Positions 36,580 to 49,549 of a stretch of DNA of 64,000 bases are shown here, piece after piece. The stretch is from positions 98,704,001 to 98,768,000 of the forward strand of contig NC_087437.1 in NCBI RefSeq assembly GCF_036321535.1, given 5' to 3'. Under the pieces are notes generated by a model. That model was not told the DNA's origin and did no database searches. It was given only the letters and a program-made list of their open reading frames with translations. Source of the stretch: Camelus dromedarius. Taxonomy: Eukaryota. The position numbers and the translations under genes are program-made. Positions within the stretch are counted from its first letter, which is position 1, and the number at the start of each line of letters is the position of its first letter.

Positions 36580-36712
36580 TCAACTCTTTTTTTTTTGTTA
36601 GTTTGCATGCTTACTTTTTTAACAGTTTTCTTTTGTAGATTTTTAAATTTTATTTTTATTATTTTGGGTTTTTTTGGTGGGGATAATTAGGTTTATTTAT
36701 TTACTTATTTTC
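36580..36712 (-). mobile_element. 5'-truncated Vic-1-like SINE tail inserted in L1
   Basis: Reverse complement aaaataagtaaataaataaacctaattatccccaccaaaa matches the tail of the 19333 copy; TSD-like TTGC(T/C)CATTTTT on both sides. Confidence 0.7.
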
Positions 36713-36977
36713 ACTTGCCCATTTTTAAACTTGGTTGTTTGTCATTTTGTTGTTGAGCTGTGAGAGTTCTTTACATATTCTGGATACTAGACCCTTATCA
36801 GGGGATATGGTTTGCAAACATTGTCTCCCACTCCATAGTTTGCATTTTCACTTTCTTGATAGTACGCTTTGATGCATGAAAGTTTTTAATTTTGATTAAG
36901 TCCAGTTTATCCATTTTGCCCCTTTGTTGTTTGTGCTTTCAGTGTCATACCCAAGAATCCATTGCTAAATCTAAGAT

Positions 36978-37126
36978 NNNNNNNNNNNNNNNNNNNNNNN
37001 NNNNNNNNNNNNNNNNNNNNNNNNNNNNNNNNNNNNNNNNNNNNNNNNNNNNNNNNNNNNNNNNNNNNNNNNNNNNNNNNNNNNNNNNNNNNNNNNNNNN
37101 NNNNNNNNNNNNNNNNNNNNNNNNNN
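36978..37126. other. Assembly gap (149 N)
   Basis: N run seen directly. Confidence 0.99.
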
Positions 37127-37505
37127 CAACTGTTGAACAGACTATTCTTTCTCCATTGAATGGTGCTGAACCCATGTTGAAGATTAATTGTCCATGGATG
37201 TATGGGTTTATTTCTGACTTAATTCTATCCACTGGATTCTATGTCTGTCCTTGTGTCATTACCACACTGTTTTGATTACAGTAGCTTTAGAGTCAGTTTT
37301 GACTTCAAGTGTATAACCTTTAACTCTGTTCTTCTTTTTCAATATTATGTTGGTTAATCAAGGCCCCTTGCAATTCTATTTGCATCTGAGGATCAGCATT
37401 TCCATTTCTAGAAAAAAAAAATGCCATTGGGCTATTGATAGGGAGTGGATTGAATCTGTAAATCATTTTAGGTAGTATTGCCATCTTAATATTATTGACT
37501 TCCAA

Positions 37506-37642
37506 NNNNNNNNNNNNNNNNNNNNNNNNNNNNNNNNNNNNNNNNNNNNNNNNNNNNNNNNNNNNNNNNNNNNNNNNNNNNNNNNNNNNNNNNNNNNNNN
37601 NNNNNNNNNNNNNNNNNNNNNNNNNNNNNNNNNNNNNNNNNN
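37506..37642. other. Assembly gap (137 N)
   Basis: N run seen directly. Confidence 0.99.
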
Positions 37643-38236
37643 GCTACTGTAATTTTTTAATGTTTTATTTTCAGACTGTTCATTGTTTTTGCATGTTGAT
37701 CTTGTATCCTGCAATTGGTTAAATTTGTTTATTAGTTTAGATTTGTTTTTATTTATTTATTTATTTTTACCTTTCACCAAGACAAAGTACAGAGTTTATT
37801 TTCCTGGTGGACAACTTTTACAAGACAGAGTTATTTTGTTTTGTTTTGTTCCTAGCTTTTCACTGAGGATCTTTTTGGAGTTCTAGCTTTATGTGGAGTC
37901 CTGACCCAGTTCTCCATCTTAGGGATCCCTAGTTTTGTCTCTTATAATCAAGGATAGTCTATTAATATCAAGGTTCATGCTCAGATGGTTCTGGAAATCA
38001 CCCGTAGGTTAGTCAGCACTCTTTGCTCTGGATTCATACTTTGGCTTAGTTTGCACATGTGTGTGTATTTTCTTCAGCTATTTAAATGTCTCTCAATAGA
38101 TAGATTTTATAAGATATTTGCTCTTCAATATTATAAGAAATGGATGTGCCTCTTAGAGGATTTTTGTGAGAATTAAAGCAGATTATGTGTACAAAAAAAC
38201 ATATGATACTACCTGTCATATAGTTCTGACAATAGA

Positions 38237-38563
38237 TGTTATGGATTAAATGATTTGTGTCCACCCTAAATTTGTATGTTGAAATCCTTACCCCTAATAT
38301 AATGAGATTTAAAGATGGGGTCTTTAGGAGATAATTAGGTCATTAGGGTAGAACCCTCATGAATGATATTAGTATCCTTATGAGAAGAGACCAGGGGCCT
38401 TGCTCACATTCTCTGCCATGTAAGGACACAAAGACTGCTGTCTATAAGCCAGGAATCTAGTCCTCACCAGACACTGAATCTTCCAGCACCTTGATCTTGG
38501 ACTTCACAGCCTCCAGAACTGTGAGAAGTAAGTGTATGGTAGCAGCCCAAATTAACTAAGACA
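38237..38563 (+). mobile_element. MLT1A0-type MaLR solo LTR
   Basis: tgttatggattaaatg...ctaagaca termini; ccttgatcttggacttcacagcctccagaactgtgagaa; appears to lack the poly(A)-signal segment near the 3' end. Confidence 0.88.
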
Positions 38564-39359
38564 GATATTTTTTCACTGCCATATGTATTATCACACAATG
38601 TGCAAGAGATAGATAATGATGTATCACTGATTATTTTAGCTTTGAAATACAATGAGTAACTGAAACTACTATTGTGGGAAAGTCAATGTAAACTTGAATT
38701 GTGCTTGAGATGTATGATTTCACTTAAAGTGTCCCCTCAAAGCTCACTGCAACTTCGCTCCTTTCCAGGTCCCCACCATAAAAAGGTTCACTGACATGGA
38801 TGATAACAAAAATAGTGACAAGAACATTTGATTATTTTTGGTGTACTTCGAAAAAATGAGCATTCTGCTTTACTATTCTTAATTTACATATTTTACCATT
38901 GTCCATTAATTAGTATTGAAGCAAGACCAACTAGAAGTTAGCTGAAGCTATGTTCAGATATTTCACTCTGCTGGATTTTACTCTGCTGAAAGTATGGGGA
39001 CCCTTAAAGAAGAACAGAAAAATTAAGTTCCAAGGAAACTCACACAGAGTATCTATAATAGGCAAGCTCAGCCTAAACCAACACAGTGGAAGTCCAGGAG
39101 AGATATAATTTCATTATAAAAATGACTAAAGTAGGACTTTAAAGTGAATTGAACCTCTATTCTTCAAAGTAATGGTTCTGTTAAAGCAAACTTCAGATGC
39201 CAGTTACTTATTGATCCAACCCAAGCATTCATTATCTTGTGTGTGTTCAATCCCTGGATTTCCACCTTCTGGAAGTTTGAGAAAGATTTTTCTATAGTTA
39301 AGATGCTAGCTATTCAGAATAGCTAGCTATCCAACTATTAACTACATGCTTTATATACA

Positions 39360-39950
39360 GTAATTTTTAAAATGTGTTGAGATTACTTATTAACATATCA
39401 ATTAGATCTTATACTAATAAAGTAATTTTTGTTTGATGTCTGATAAAATGCTCACATAAAAAAAAATCACACCATTTTTTACCAATTTTAGGCATGAACT
39501 TGTCCTGACTCCTTATTACTTTTTTGTCCCATTAGCAGCAAATTTCACTGTGTCCTTTGGGTTTGAGACATTTAGGGCTTTCTTCTGCTTTCAAACTTCT
39601 TGCTATTATAGCAGTTTGGGTCAGGCCTACTGTATACGAATGCAGTAGTTATATCATTATATTATAAGAAGCTAATTGTATTGCTGTATTAATGAATTAT
39701 TCATGGTATAATCACATAAATTCACTCCACTCTGATGTTTTATTTTGCATACTAATTTGAACATGGTGCATTTTTCACATTTTGATCTAGAATGATCTCA
39801 GATAATGACCTATTTGTGGATATAGGGTTTTACATTGACCTCAATATTCCTCTTTTCTCTAAACATTGCTCCATGATGTGTGCATTTCACTAGGTTGGTA
39901 TAGGTCATTCAGAGTCAGAGCCCTGCTAATAATTTTTTAAGGCCCTCCAA
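39360..39950. mobile_element. Possible hAT (Tip100-like) DNA transposon remnant
   Basis: AT-rich body ending cagagccctgctaataattttttaaggccc, resembling Tip100-family termini; weak. Confidence 0.25.
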
Positions 39951-39999
39951 TTATTGCTTATTAACAGGATTTCCAAGAGAGTTTCCTCAACATAAAGCA

Positions 40000-40890
40000 T
40001 GTGTTACCCAGGACCTTCCAAATAGCAGACATCCCATCTCCTGTTTTCTTCTAATTCACATTTCCTAAACTCACCGCTATCCCTAGCCCTGCTCAATCCC
40101 TGAGTTGTTCTTTTAATTACTCTTCTCTAACTTGAACTCTTATCCATTCATGCTGACAAATCAGACAATCCTAGCATTTTATATATGGAATAATGGCTCA
40201 TTACTGACCAGTGACCATGCGTACTCTTTTCCCTGACTTGTCCTTCTCACCTCAGACCCTCACACAGTTGTCAGATTAATTCTTCTACAACCACTGATTA
40301 CAGAATGTGCTTCCTCTGCACCAAAACCTGCTGTGGCTTATTGCTCACTACCCATGTTAAAATGTATCTGCTTAGCTTTCAAGTCCTCCCTAAAGCATCC
40401 ACTCTTCCTAGTGATCGTATCTCGTCTTTCCTTCAAGTTACATTAGTCTACTGATTGCTCCAGAAGCACAGCAAGTTCATACCTACAACTTATGTGCCCC
40501 ACTTACAATTTCCTAAGTTTATTGGTACCTATGAAATACTTGCCATGTTCTTAAGGCTTAGCATAAATGCAATCTAGGCTGGGAAACATTCTTGAACTAT
40601 TGCTACCTTCAGGGATTTTATTTGATTTTCCTTAGCTCCTGCCATACTTCAGTATTTGATTATATGCTTTTTTATATTTACTGTTGATTTTCATTTTTTA
40701 CTCTTGTTAACTCTTGTTTCATGTGTTTTAATTTTTATCTTCCTGACAAGATTATAAATTTTTTGAGAGTCTGAACCATACTGTCTATTCATTCTATTTC
40801 TCCCTTCAAAGGGATGAATAAATTCTTGCTGCCCAGTGGAATCTAACATATCATAAGTGCTAATAACCATTTATTTTATTTGACTGATTT
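40000..40890 (+). mobile_element. L2 LINE 3' portion
   Basis: Pyrimidine-rich L2-like body; ends tcttcctgacaagattataaattttttgagagtc...aagtgctaataaccatttattttatttgactga. Confidence 0.6.
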
Positions 40891-43434
40891 TTAATGCCTG
40901 TCATGGCAGGTGTTGACATGTACATAATACCATTAAGGAGGATCCAAATGACTAAGCTATATTTCACATTGTAGGTAGTACTTTAAGCAAACATATTTAT
41001 CATAGAATAGAATAGTGATTTTTTATTTATGAGACTCTGGAGTTGGAAAATAATTTGACCTGTCTTTCCTAAATTAGAAATATCTAACATCAACCTTTTG
41101 GATGGGAGGATGCTTTGGCTGCACTGTCTGCTGCTCATTTGATTGCTGAAGTGGATTTAGTTCATCTGGATCGCTGGCCAGGTGTCCCTTTCATTCCTGT
41201 AAGCTGAAGTTGTGAAACAGAAGCTAGCTGCTGAGCATCTCACTCGGAGGAGAAGGACCATTTTATAGACAAGAGCATATAAGAAACTGCACTGTGTCAC
41301 TATTTTAGAAGACATATTTTAGAAGACAGTAGCAATCATCAGTATTTCTACACACTAAATGTGGTATCTATGACTAGCTGTTATACAGACTTACAAGATT
41401 TTATTTTAGTCCTTCGATTTCAATGCCTTAAATCAATTAAAAGGTTATTTTAAAACAGTAAAATTTCCTTGGAGTTACACAAAAGCTAGACTAAAAATTT
41501 TATCAAGGGAAGTTACAGACCATGTCTATCTTATTTCTACTTTGTCCCCAAAGCACAGCATAGTGTTTAACATGTAGTAGATGCTCAATAATGTTTCTTT
41601 GAAGCATCAATAAATAAACATGTGGGGATACAAATTTAAATGTAACTCAAGTATTGTGGACTCCAACCACCAGTGTGTACAGAGATATTCTCATTGATAT
41701 TAATATTCTTTTATTTGCCAGAGCTATCCTTTGTTTAACTGTAGGAAGTCAAGGGTTTTGCAGTTTCCCTCTTCAAATATTTCTAACATCTCCAGGGACA
41801 TGTGTTAGTATTTGCTGCTGGCTGCCATGGCTAGAAATCCAGGACTCTCTGGTGGTTGGCTCTTAGATTCATGGAAGAAATTCTTTAAGGTTAAAATGCT
41901 GTTTCCATGACCACTGCTGTCATGGCCACCAGGAAAATCTCTCCATGCAATATAAGGGAAATTGAGCCTGTGGCTCTGTGACTGACGGTGGAGGGTCATG
42001 AGTAGTGAAAGGGTCGCTCATTCTATGTTAGACTGAGCTAGGGCTTCTGTAACATTTCTGCTTGCACCTCAAAGTTAGGGCACTCAACACCCCAGCACTC
42101 TCAGTCACCCCCATATGGGGAAAGAGGCAGGATCCCAGAGGTCCAGGCCCTAACACCAAGACCACTTCAGGCTGGGACGCTCCTCCCAGCAGCATCCTTC
42201 CACCTGTGCTACACGGGCAACCTTGTATTCCCAAAGTCAGTGAAATTGGAACTGGCGTTGCCTAAAATTGAAAGATATTTCTTCTACCTGGAAAATCTGC
42301 TGTGTGTAGAATGTGATTCAGAGACAAAACCCTTACCGCAAAATGAGGGTTAAAATGTTGTTTCTCTGGTGTACTCAGCCTGGGGTCCTAGAACAATGCG
42401 TTTGAGTTCCAAAGTTTTATTTTGATGGATCATTCAATTAACATGTGAATTAGGGTTGTTTGGTCGGCTTCCCATAATTAGCTGGCAAACCACACCCACA
42501 TCCATTAACCCCCTTCCCACCCAGGCCCTCTGGCTGGCTCCAGGGCACTGAACTACAGCTCTCCTCTTTCCTTTGGTTTCTGAGATCACTCCCTCTGACT
42601 CCCACCCCATCGGAAATGGCTGAACTCTCCTGGTGGATAGATTTAGGTCTTTCTTTCCTTCTCCCAGTTCCTATACAGAGAAGTGGTCACAAATGTGAGT
42701 GAAATGATCCTAATACGAAATGTCAGTGTTCCAGTATTTTTAAAGTAACATGAGACAAAATATACAGGACATTCATGATGTGCGGGTTCATTGTATGAGA
42801 TTGTTCTAATAGAAGAGAAAAGCGGAGAACTTCGGTGATCCATGCTCCTGTTCACTGTAAAACATGTCCCAGTGGTTCCTGCACTGCATTGGAGAAGTGG
42901 GTGCTGGAAGAGCCAGGAAAGCTGTATGTAGATCTACTTATTTTATCTTTAAGTAAAACCTTACATAAAACCTTTGTACAGTTGGCTGGGTTTTTTGTTT
43001 TTTTGTTTTTTGTTTTTTTTAGGTGAAAAGAGGCCATAATACTTTTCTTTGATCAAGAATGGAAAAAAATTAGTAGGTACATACAGTACATATTTTTCAG
43101 AGGAAAGATGAAGGTATACAAAATATTCCCTGGATGCAAGGCCTCTGTCCTATTAGCCATCAGATAACTTGATAGATTCAAAGCAGAAGAGAAAACCATC
43201 TTCTATATATGGCTTTGGCATTTGGCAAGAAGTGAAAGGAACATTGTAAGTTTAAGAACTACAAAATAACTTTACATGTGTTATGATATGTAGAATAAAG
43301 GGAAAAGAAGGAAGAAGGACTTGAGTGATGCAGTCCAAGATTTATCACCAGAAGCAAGGATCAACTGTGGAAACGTATGCCCCTCTACTTGCCAAATGTT
43401 TTAGTGACTAACAGCAGTTACATCCCCCAAAGAA

Positions 43435-43655
43435 TGGACAGTGACATTTACTGGGTACCCATTGTGTGAGGCCCGACAATTTCATCTATATTACCTCATT
43501 TAGTCCTCATTAATTCGTCCTAATTAATTGCTACCTCCTTGTTCAGATATTAGGGTTGGAGCTCAAAGCATTTAAGTGATATCTCCAGTCTTAGTAAGTA
43601 AGGGTCAGAGGAAGAATTCTAACCCAGGATGAACTCTAGAATCCACGCTTTATTT
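43435..43655 (-). mobile_element. MIR SINE
   Basis: catttactgggtacccattgtgtg, attacctcatttagtcctca, gaattctaacccagg. Confidence 0.65.
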
Positions 43656-44038
43656 TGGCCTTAGTATAAGAGAGTAACTCAGAGTTTTAAACATTAAATG
43701 AGAAAACACCCCTGGTTCTCTAATTCTAAAAAAAGCATTTTCTAAAAAGCATCATCATCATTGTCATCATCAGGAGGAAAAGTAGATCAATCGTCTGGAT
43801 GCACTTGGCTTACTGTTAGCAGTGGCTTTAAAGGAATTAATAGATTCATTCCCTCAGCTATGGTTTTAGAATCTTTCAAAAGGCATTCAAAAAAAGAACA
43901 GTTTATTTTTCAGTATTTTTCTCCCATAATTTTGAAACTTAACTTTTATTAGAAATGTCTAAAACTTTCTGTTCAAAACTTTATGACTCAGATTATGAGT
44001 TTAAAACGGAAAATATTTTTTTTCAAATCTCAACGATG

Positions 44039-44081
44039 GTGCGCGTGTGCATGCGCGCACACGCACACGCACACACACACA
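44039..44081. repeat. 43-bp alternating purine-pyrimidine tract (GC/GT/CA; Z-DNA prone)
   Basis: gtgcgcgtgtgcatgcgcgcacacgcacacgcacacacacaca alternates perfectly and contains 6 CpG. Confidence 0.8.
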
Positions 44082-44345
44082 GACACATGCTTTGACCTCA
44101 ATTGAATTGGTTTAGAATAGGGTTCTGTATTTATGTTAAGGCATTTCTTTTATTTGAAAGATTATTCTATCAAAAAATATGCCAGACCCAGATGTTTAAA
44201 CTGCTTGGAACGTGACCAAATAGAAAGTGAAATCAAATCAACTGAACTGAGCCCTTCTGGCTAGACTTGTGAGTGTGAAGACAGGAGGGGAAAGAGGGAG
44301 AAGTGTCTGGTTGTGGTGACTGGATACCTGGAGAGGATGGAGGTT

Positions 44346-44541
44346 GAGTTGCCAGATGTAGCAATAAAAATACAGGACATCCAGCTGGATTTGGATTTCA
44401 GGTAAACAATGTATACACATGTATATATAGTAGTGTAAGTGTGTTCCTATTATTGCCTGGGACACACTTACACTAAAAAAATTACCCATCATTTACTTAA
44501 ATTCAAATTGAACGGGTCTCCTATATTTTATCTGGCAACTT
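44346..44541. mobile_element. MER53 hAT MITE (near-palindromic)
   Basis: TIRs gagttgccagatgtagcaataaaaatacaggacatccag ... ctcctatattttatctggcaact with internal cttacactaaaaaa symmetry. Confidence 0.88.
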
Positions 44542-45334
44542 TAGATGAAGGCAAATATAAATTAGCATCGGGTTCCAATTGCCACCTGTCTTTTATGCCC
44601 AGATTTTCAGGCTCCTCCAGGGCTGAAGTAGAGGCTTGAAATTGAGACCGTTTTTGCTCCCTGCTTAGTAGTGACAAGCTATTGATAGCCAGGCATTGCC
44701 AAATTCTCATTAGTTTCTAAAAGTCAGGAACTACATTTAGAAAAAAGCAGCTCACTTATGGAGAGGTCACCTATCCAATAACCTCAAGTACCAGGAACAC
44801 AGCTGAAACCCAGGAAGCGAGGGGGAAAAAAGGCCTCTGAGCATCCAAAATAGAAACCATGTGCTAAGGCTCATGCTCTTTTCTCTGAGAAGAGGCCCTC
44901 AGTCCTGCATTCAGTGTAATTTATTCTTCTTATAGACACCATTGGAACAAGTTTGGTTGTCTGATTTCCCAACCAATAGTGATACAAAAAGCAGGAAATT
45001 ATGAGGTGGGCAGGACAGGTAGGTAGACTAGGGGTCAGCTGCATAGAAGACAACCTGGAGAAGAAAAAACACGCCAATCATATAAATAATCTCCTTAACA
45101 ATCTAGAAGAAAAATATATCCACCCTCATTAGAGATTATTACTCAACAATGAGCTTCCAAGTGGTTTTATTTCCTTCTTTACACTTTTCCATATTTTGTA
45201 AACTTTTCCCTATATGTCTATAATCAGACGGAGTAATACAGGTATTTTCAAGACAATGAAGAATTATGCCTTAGGTCTCCCAGGAAAGCTCAATTTTTGT
45301 ATCTACTAGGAGCATTTACTAAATGGTAATTATA

Positions 45335-45478
45335 AGCCACATCTTTATTTGTCACTCTCCCACGAGACTGTGAGCTTTTTGAAGGCAGGGTTCATGTCTT
45401 TGCAGCCTTATAGTTCTAGTAATTAGCATAATGTCTAGTATAACAAATGCTCAGGAAGTGTTTGTTGAGTAAATGTCT
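45335..45478 (+). mobile_element. L2 3' terminus
   Basis: agactgtgagctttttgaaggcaggg ... atgctcaggaagtgtttgttgagtaaatg. Confidence 0.75.
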
Positions 45479-48231
45479 AAAGTCAAAATGCATCGTGTTT
45501 CTGTGGGTATTTAGACATACAATTCCCCCCAGGGCAGGGCCATCCTGCCGGCTGCTTCAATTGTTGTTTATTATAATGTCTACTACATTTCCATGATGTG
45601 GTTAGAATCATGGCTGCAGCAAGCACCGTGGAGTGCAATTCATTCCTGCAAAATTTCTCTTGAAATGGTTAATATCTTTTAAAGTTTGAGCTTAAAAAAA
45701 AATAAAGAAGAGTAATTTTGAAAACTCTCTCAAATGGAACCCTTCATTTACTCGGAGCCTGCCTGTTTCTGTTAATTAAGGGCAACGGGCTAGGGAGACG
45801 GGGGACACGGCTTCTCAGAGTTGCACTGTAGGGCAGAGCACCATCTGTGATCTATTAGCTGCAGAAGATCACGTATCATATTGTAGAAGAAGAAATGAGG
45901 GCCCTCTATATGTGATACTTTATGTGGCCGCTATGTTGCAGGCATATCATTGCAAATTAATGAAACTATGACACATGCCAAGCTCAGTTTTCTTTATAAC
46001 CTGTTCCTTTAAAGACCCCTTCCCGGTGCAGCACAGAAGGACTGAATACACTCTTAATACTCTACTCTCTTCTAATTAGCATTCGTAAATGGAATCCAAT
46101 CATTTCTCTCTCTCCTTAATGAGTTGGATTCATCTTTGTTTGTGTTAAAAACTATGGCTATTTAACCAGAAAGAAATTTACAAGTAACAGCATAGTGGAC
46201 TGAGTGGCAGAGAATAGTATGATTCAGCACATATTATTTTTGTTTTGCAAATGATTTCAAAGCACATTTTCGTTACTTGGAAAGAACTCTCAAAGTGGGA
46301 CAACAGTGTTGCTTTCCCACCATCGCTTTTTCGCATTTTCGGGAAACAGTTTTCTTAGCCTGCCCACAAGTGCACCCAGGGCTTGCCAGCAGTCTTATAA
46401 CCCCAGAAGGCAGCTATTCAAAATTAAACTGCACATTAGGACATTTTTCTCCACAATCAACTTGAGTGTCAGTTCTAATGAGCAACAGGGCTAGGCTGGG
46501 TAAATCAATCCAGAGATAACTTTCCATTCTAGCCATCAAATTTGATTCCATTGCCACATCTTTAAAGTTAAATTCAGCAGTAAAGTTACCTGGTTTGCCT
46601 TTCAGCTTTTTTTCCACTCCTTGAAGATAAATGATGGAAAAGCAGAAAGTAAGTCCAAAGCAGGCAAGATGAGGAAGAGAGAAAAGGTGGTATATAAATG
46701 ATTAATCCCTGGATAATTTAGATTTAATGGTGAATAAGAGCTACTTTCAGCCAATGAAAGGAAAATATCCTCTAGGCAGCAAACCTCAGATACTTCACTA
46801 CAAGAGCTGGTAAGGTTATAAGTATACACAACTATAGGCAAGGGTTAGAAAACTATTTTGATTTTTTAAATAAGTGAACCAATGAGTTTTTTAAAAGTAT
46901 AAATTATGAAATAAATTCCTAAGACTTCAAGCGAGTTAGTAAAGACTTCCTAAAGCACAACCCTTTTCACCCCAAAGCCACAGCAATGCTTTTGTACCCC
47001 ATGAAAACAGTTAGCTATGAAGTGACTAACCTATACAGCTTCTGCTTAAATCACCCCTGAATGCTGAAGGCTGATAAGCCGATGCTCAGGAGACAGTCAA
47101 TTTTGTCAAACAGGAAGCATCATGGCACCCAAGATTTTGACCAAGAGCGAGTCTCTTTGCTCATCGCTTTCTGAGCAAGGAGTAATTTTCTCACCAAAGG
47201 GGATTTAAAGCACCCTTTCCATACCACTCCAGAGATAAGAATGCTAATCCAACAGTCACCCAATAAAGTATGTGTAGCACTGAGAATTGATCTCCAAGCT
47301 CCACCCAGAAATCTCCAAGAAATCATGAAGAAAAACAAATCCCTAATAAAAATCAAGTGAGGATATACATAATTAGATATTGCATTTGCAATAAGGATGT
47401 TCAATGAGTAAGTTTGATTGATAATAAGCTCTTTAAAGAAAGGAGCATAAATCTCAAAACTGACTTTGTAAGGGAAAAAATAATAGGAAAAAAGAACACT
47501 TCTCTTTCAGCCATGCTGGTTAAAGATTATTCCTAGCTTCTTATTCTACAGGAAATGGAGTGGCAAACACCAATGCCATATTTGCATATAGTTTCTCATG
47601 TCCAGGGAGGCACATGACCAACTCTACATGGCTCTCATTATTAATCTTTGGGTCAGTCACTATCAGCACATCCATTTGTCCATGTCATAAAGTCCTGAGT
47701 TAAAGAACCCACAGTGGGGCTCCATGGACAGACATCTAGAACATCAGATTCAATGAGTATTTGCTGGATGAGTGAATCCTAGACTTAGTAGGTGCTCCAT
47801 ACTAGCCTTGTGATTCTGCTGTTCCCAAGAGAGAAAAATAGGTAGAATGTAATCCTGAAAGAATTCTCTTGCAAGCGGGCTTATTTCTGTCCGGATGTGC
47901 TACATACTACACTATGTTCTTCACATTCACAATGAGATGAAGCCATTGGGTAAGTGTCCTAATAAACTTAACCTGTCTGGCCTTGACCTTTTAAGTGTAT
48001 TTTGGTTCTGGTCTTGGCTTTTGGACAAGTGTCTATATAGAGCTCATCCCTCATGGCCAGTTGCGTCTGGCTGAACATAATGTCCAGTAGAGGGCTCCCA
48101 GAGAGACTACGTTGGCTCAGTATTCTTTTGGCCCATCCTATTGGCGGGATTTAAGAGTTCTGATAGGGCCACTCTGACCTTTTCAACTATCCCAGGCCTC
48201 CTGTGTCCATGAAGTGTTTTTTTTTTTTTCC

Positions 48232-48604
48232 TGTCAAAGTTCTGGAAACCAAAGTCTGAAATCCAAGCTGTCAGCAAGGCTGTGCTCCTTTAGAAAACTC
48301 TAGAGGAAAATCCTTCTTTGCCTCTTCCAGTTTCTGGTGGGTCCAAGCCTTCCTCAGCCTGTGGCTACATAATTCCAGTTTCTACCTTTGTCTTCATAGG
48401 GGTGTCTCTCCTGGACTTTCTTCCTTCTATGTGTTATTAGGACACTTGTCATTGAATTTGGGGGCAACCTAGGTAATTCAGGACGATCTCATGTCAGAAC
48501 TCTTGATTCAATTACATCTACAAAGATGGCTTTTCCGAGTAATGTCACATCCACAGGATCCAGGTGGACGTATCTTTCGGGGGACCATCATTCAACTCAC
48601 TACA
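48232..48604 (-). mobile_element. MLT1C-type MaLR LTR
   Basis: gttctggaaaccaaagtctgaaatccaagctgtcagcaagg, tccttctttgcctcttccagtttctggtgg, ending ggaccatcattcaactcactaca. Confidence 0.8.
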
Positions 48605-48709
48605 GTAGGTGATTTGGAACTACTATCCTAAATGAATCTTGAATGTTGAAAAGGTAATACTGTGATACTACATTTGGCATTCTAAAAATTTATTTTAAAT
48701 TTTGAGAAA

Positions 48710-49435
48710 GAATGTTATTGAAGTATATTCAATTTACAATGTTGTGTCAATTTCCGATGTGCAGCATAATGTTTCAGTCATACATATACATACATATATT
48801 CCTTTTCATATTCTTTTTATTATAGGTTACTACAAGATATTGTAGAAAATGTTGTTTATCTATTTTATATATAGTTGTTAATATCTGCAAATCTCAAACT
48901 ACCAATTTATCTCTTTCTATCCTCTTCCCCCCTGGTAACCATAAGTTTGTTTTCTATGTCTGTGATTCTGTTTCTGTTTTGCAGGTAAGTTCATTTGTGT
49001 CTTTTTTTTTAGATTCCACATATAAGTGATATCATATGGTATTTTTCTTTCTCTTTCTGGCTTGCTTCACTTAGAATAACGATCTCCAGTTTCACCCATG
49101 TTGCAGCAAATGGCATTATTTTATTTGTTTTTGTGACTGACTAGTATTAAATTGTGTAGATAGATAGATAGATATAGATATACACACATACCTGTATGTA
49201 TGTGTATATATACATGTATGCGTGTGTATATATATGTGTATGTATTTATGTGTCTGTGTGTATTTCTGTGTATGTGTGTGTGTGTGTGTGTGCATGTGTG
49301 TATATATTTAAATAAATATATAAAACTTCTTAATCCAGTCATCTGTGGATGGACATTTAGTTTGTTTCCATGTCTTGGCTATTGTAAATAGTGCTGCTGT
49401 GAACATTGGGGTGCAGGTGTCTTTTTGATTTAGAG
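48710..49435 (-). mobile_element. Cetartiodactyl-type L1 3' end (L1_Art/L1MA9-like)
   Basis: gttattgaagtatattcaatttacaatgttgtgtc, tagattccacatataagtgatatcatatggtatt, gtgctgctgtgaacattggggtgcagg; internal (AGAT)n and (TG/TA)n expansion at ~49156-49310. Confidence 0.9.
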
Positions 49436-49549
49436 TAGAAACTTATTTTAAAGATTACCTGTTTACCTTACATTTGTGTCTGTATCCCCATGTAAACATT
49501 TTAACTTACTATTGCTATTGTCTTCATTATCAGTTCACCTACTCCAAAG

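Larger units (their letters stand above)
35655..37720 (-). mobile_element. L1 (L1MB-type) ORF2 3' part and 3' UTR, broken by three gaps
   Basis: ttattgaggtaaaattcac, ttgcacaatcatcacctctatctagttccaaaac, gttctccacagtggctgtaacattttta; minus ORFs read INPYIHGQLIFN and [14 protein letters not shown] (L1 ORF2p). Confidence 0.9.

Noticed and set aside
36156-37722. ORFs spanning 36.2-37.7 kb
   Set aside because: They are N-gap read-through plus decayed L1 ORF2 fragments, not host genes.
34017-38563. Two same-strand MLT1 LTRs as ends of one provirus
   Set aside because: The interval holds MIR and old L1 pieces and no MLT internal sequence; MIR predates MLT1, and the first LTR has its own TSD. They are independent solo LTRs.
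49121-49391. His/Thr- and Val/Cys-rich ORFs here and at 3846-4179
   Set aside because: They are translations of (TG/CA)n microsatellites.
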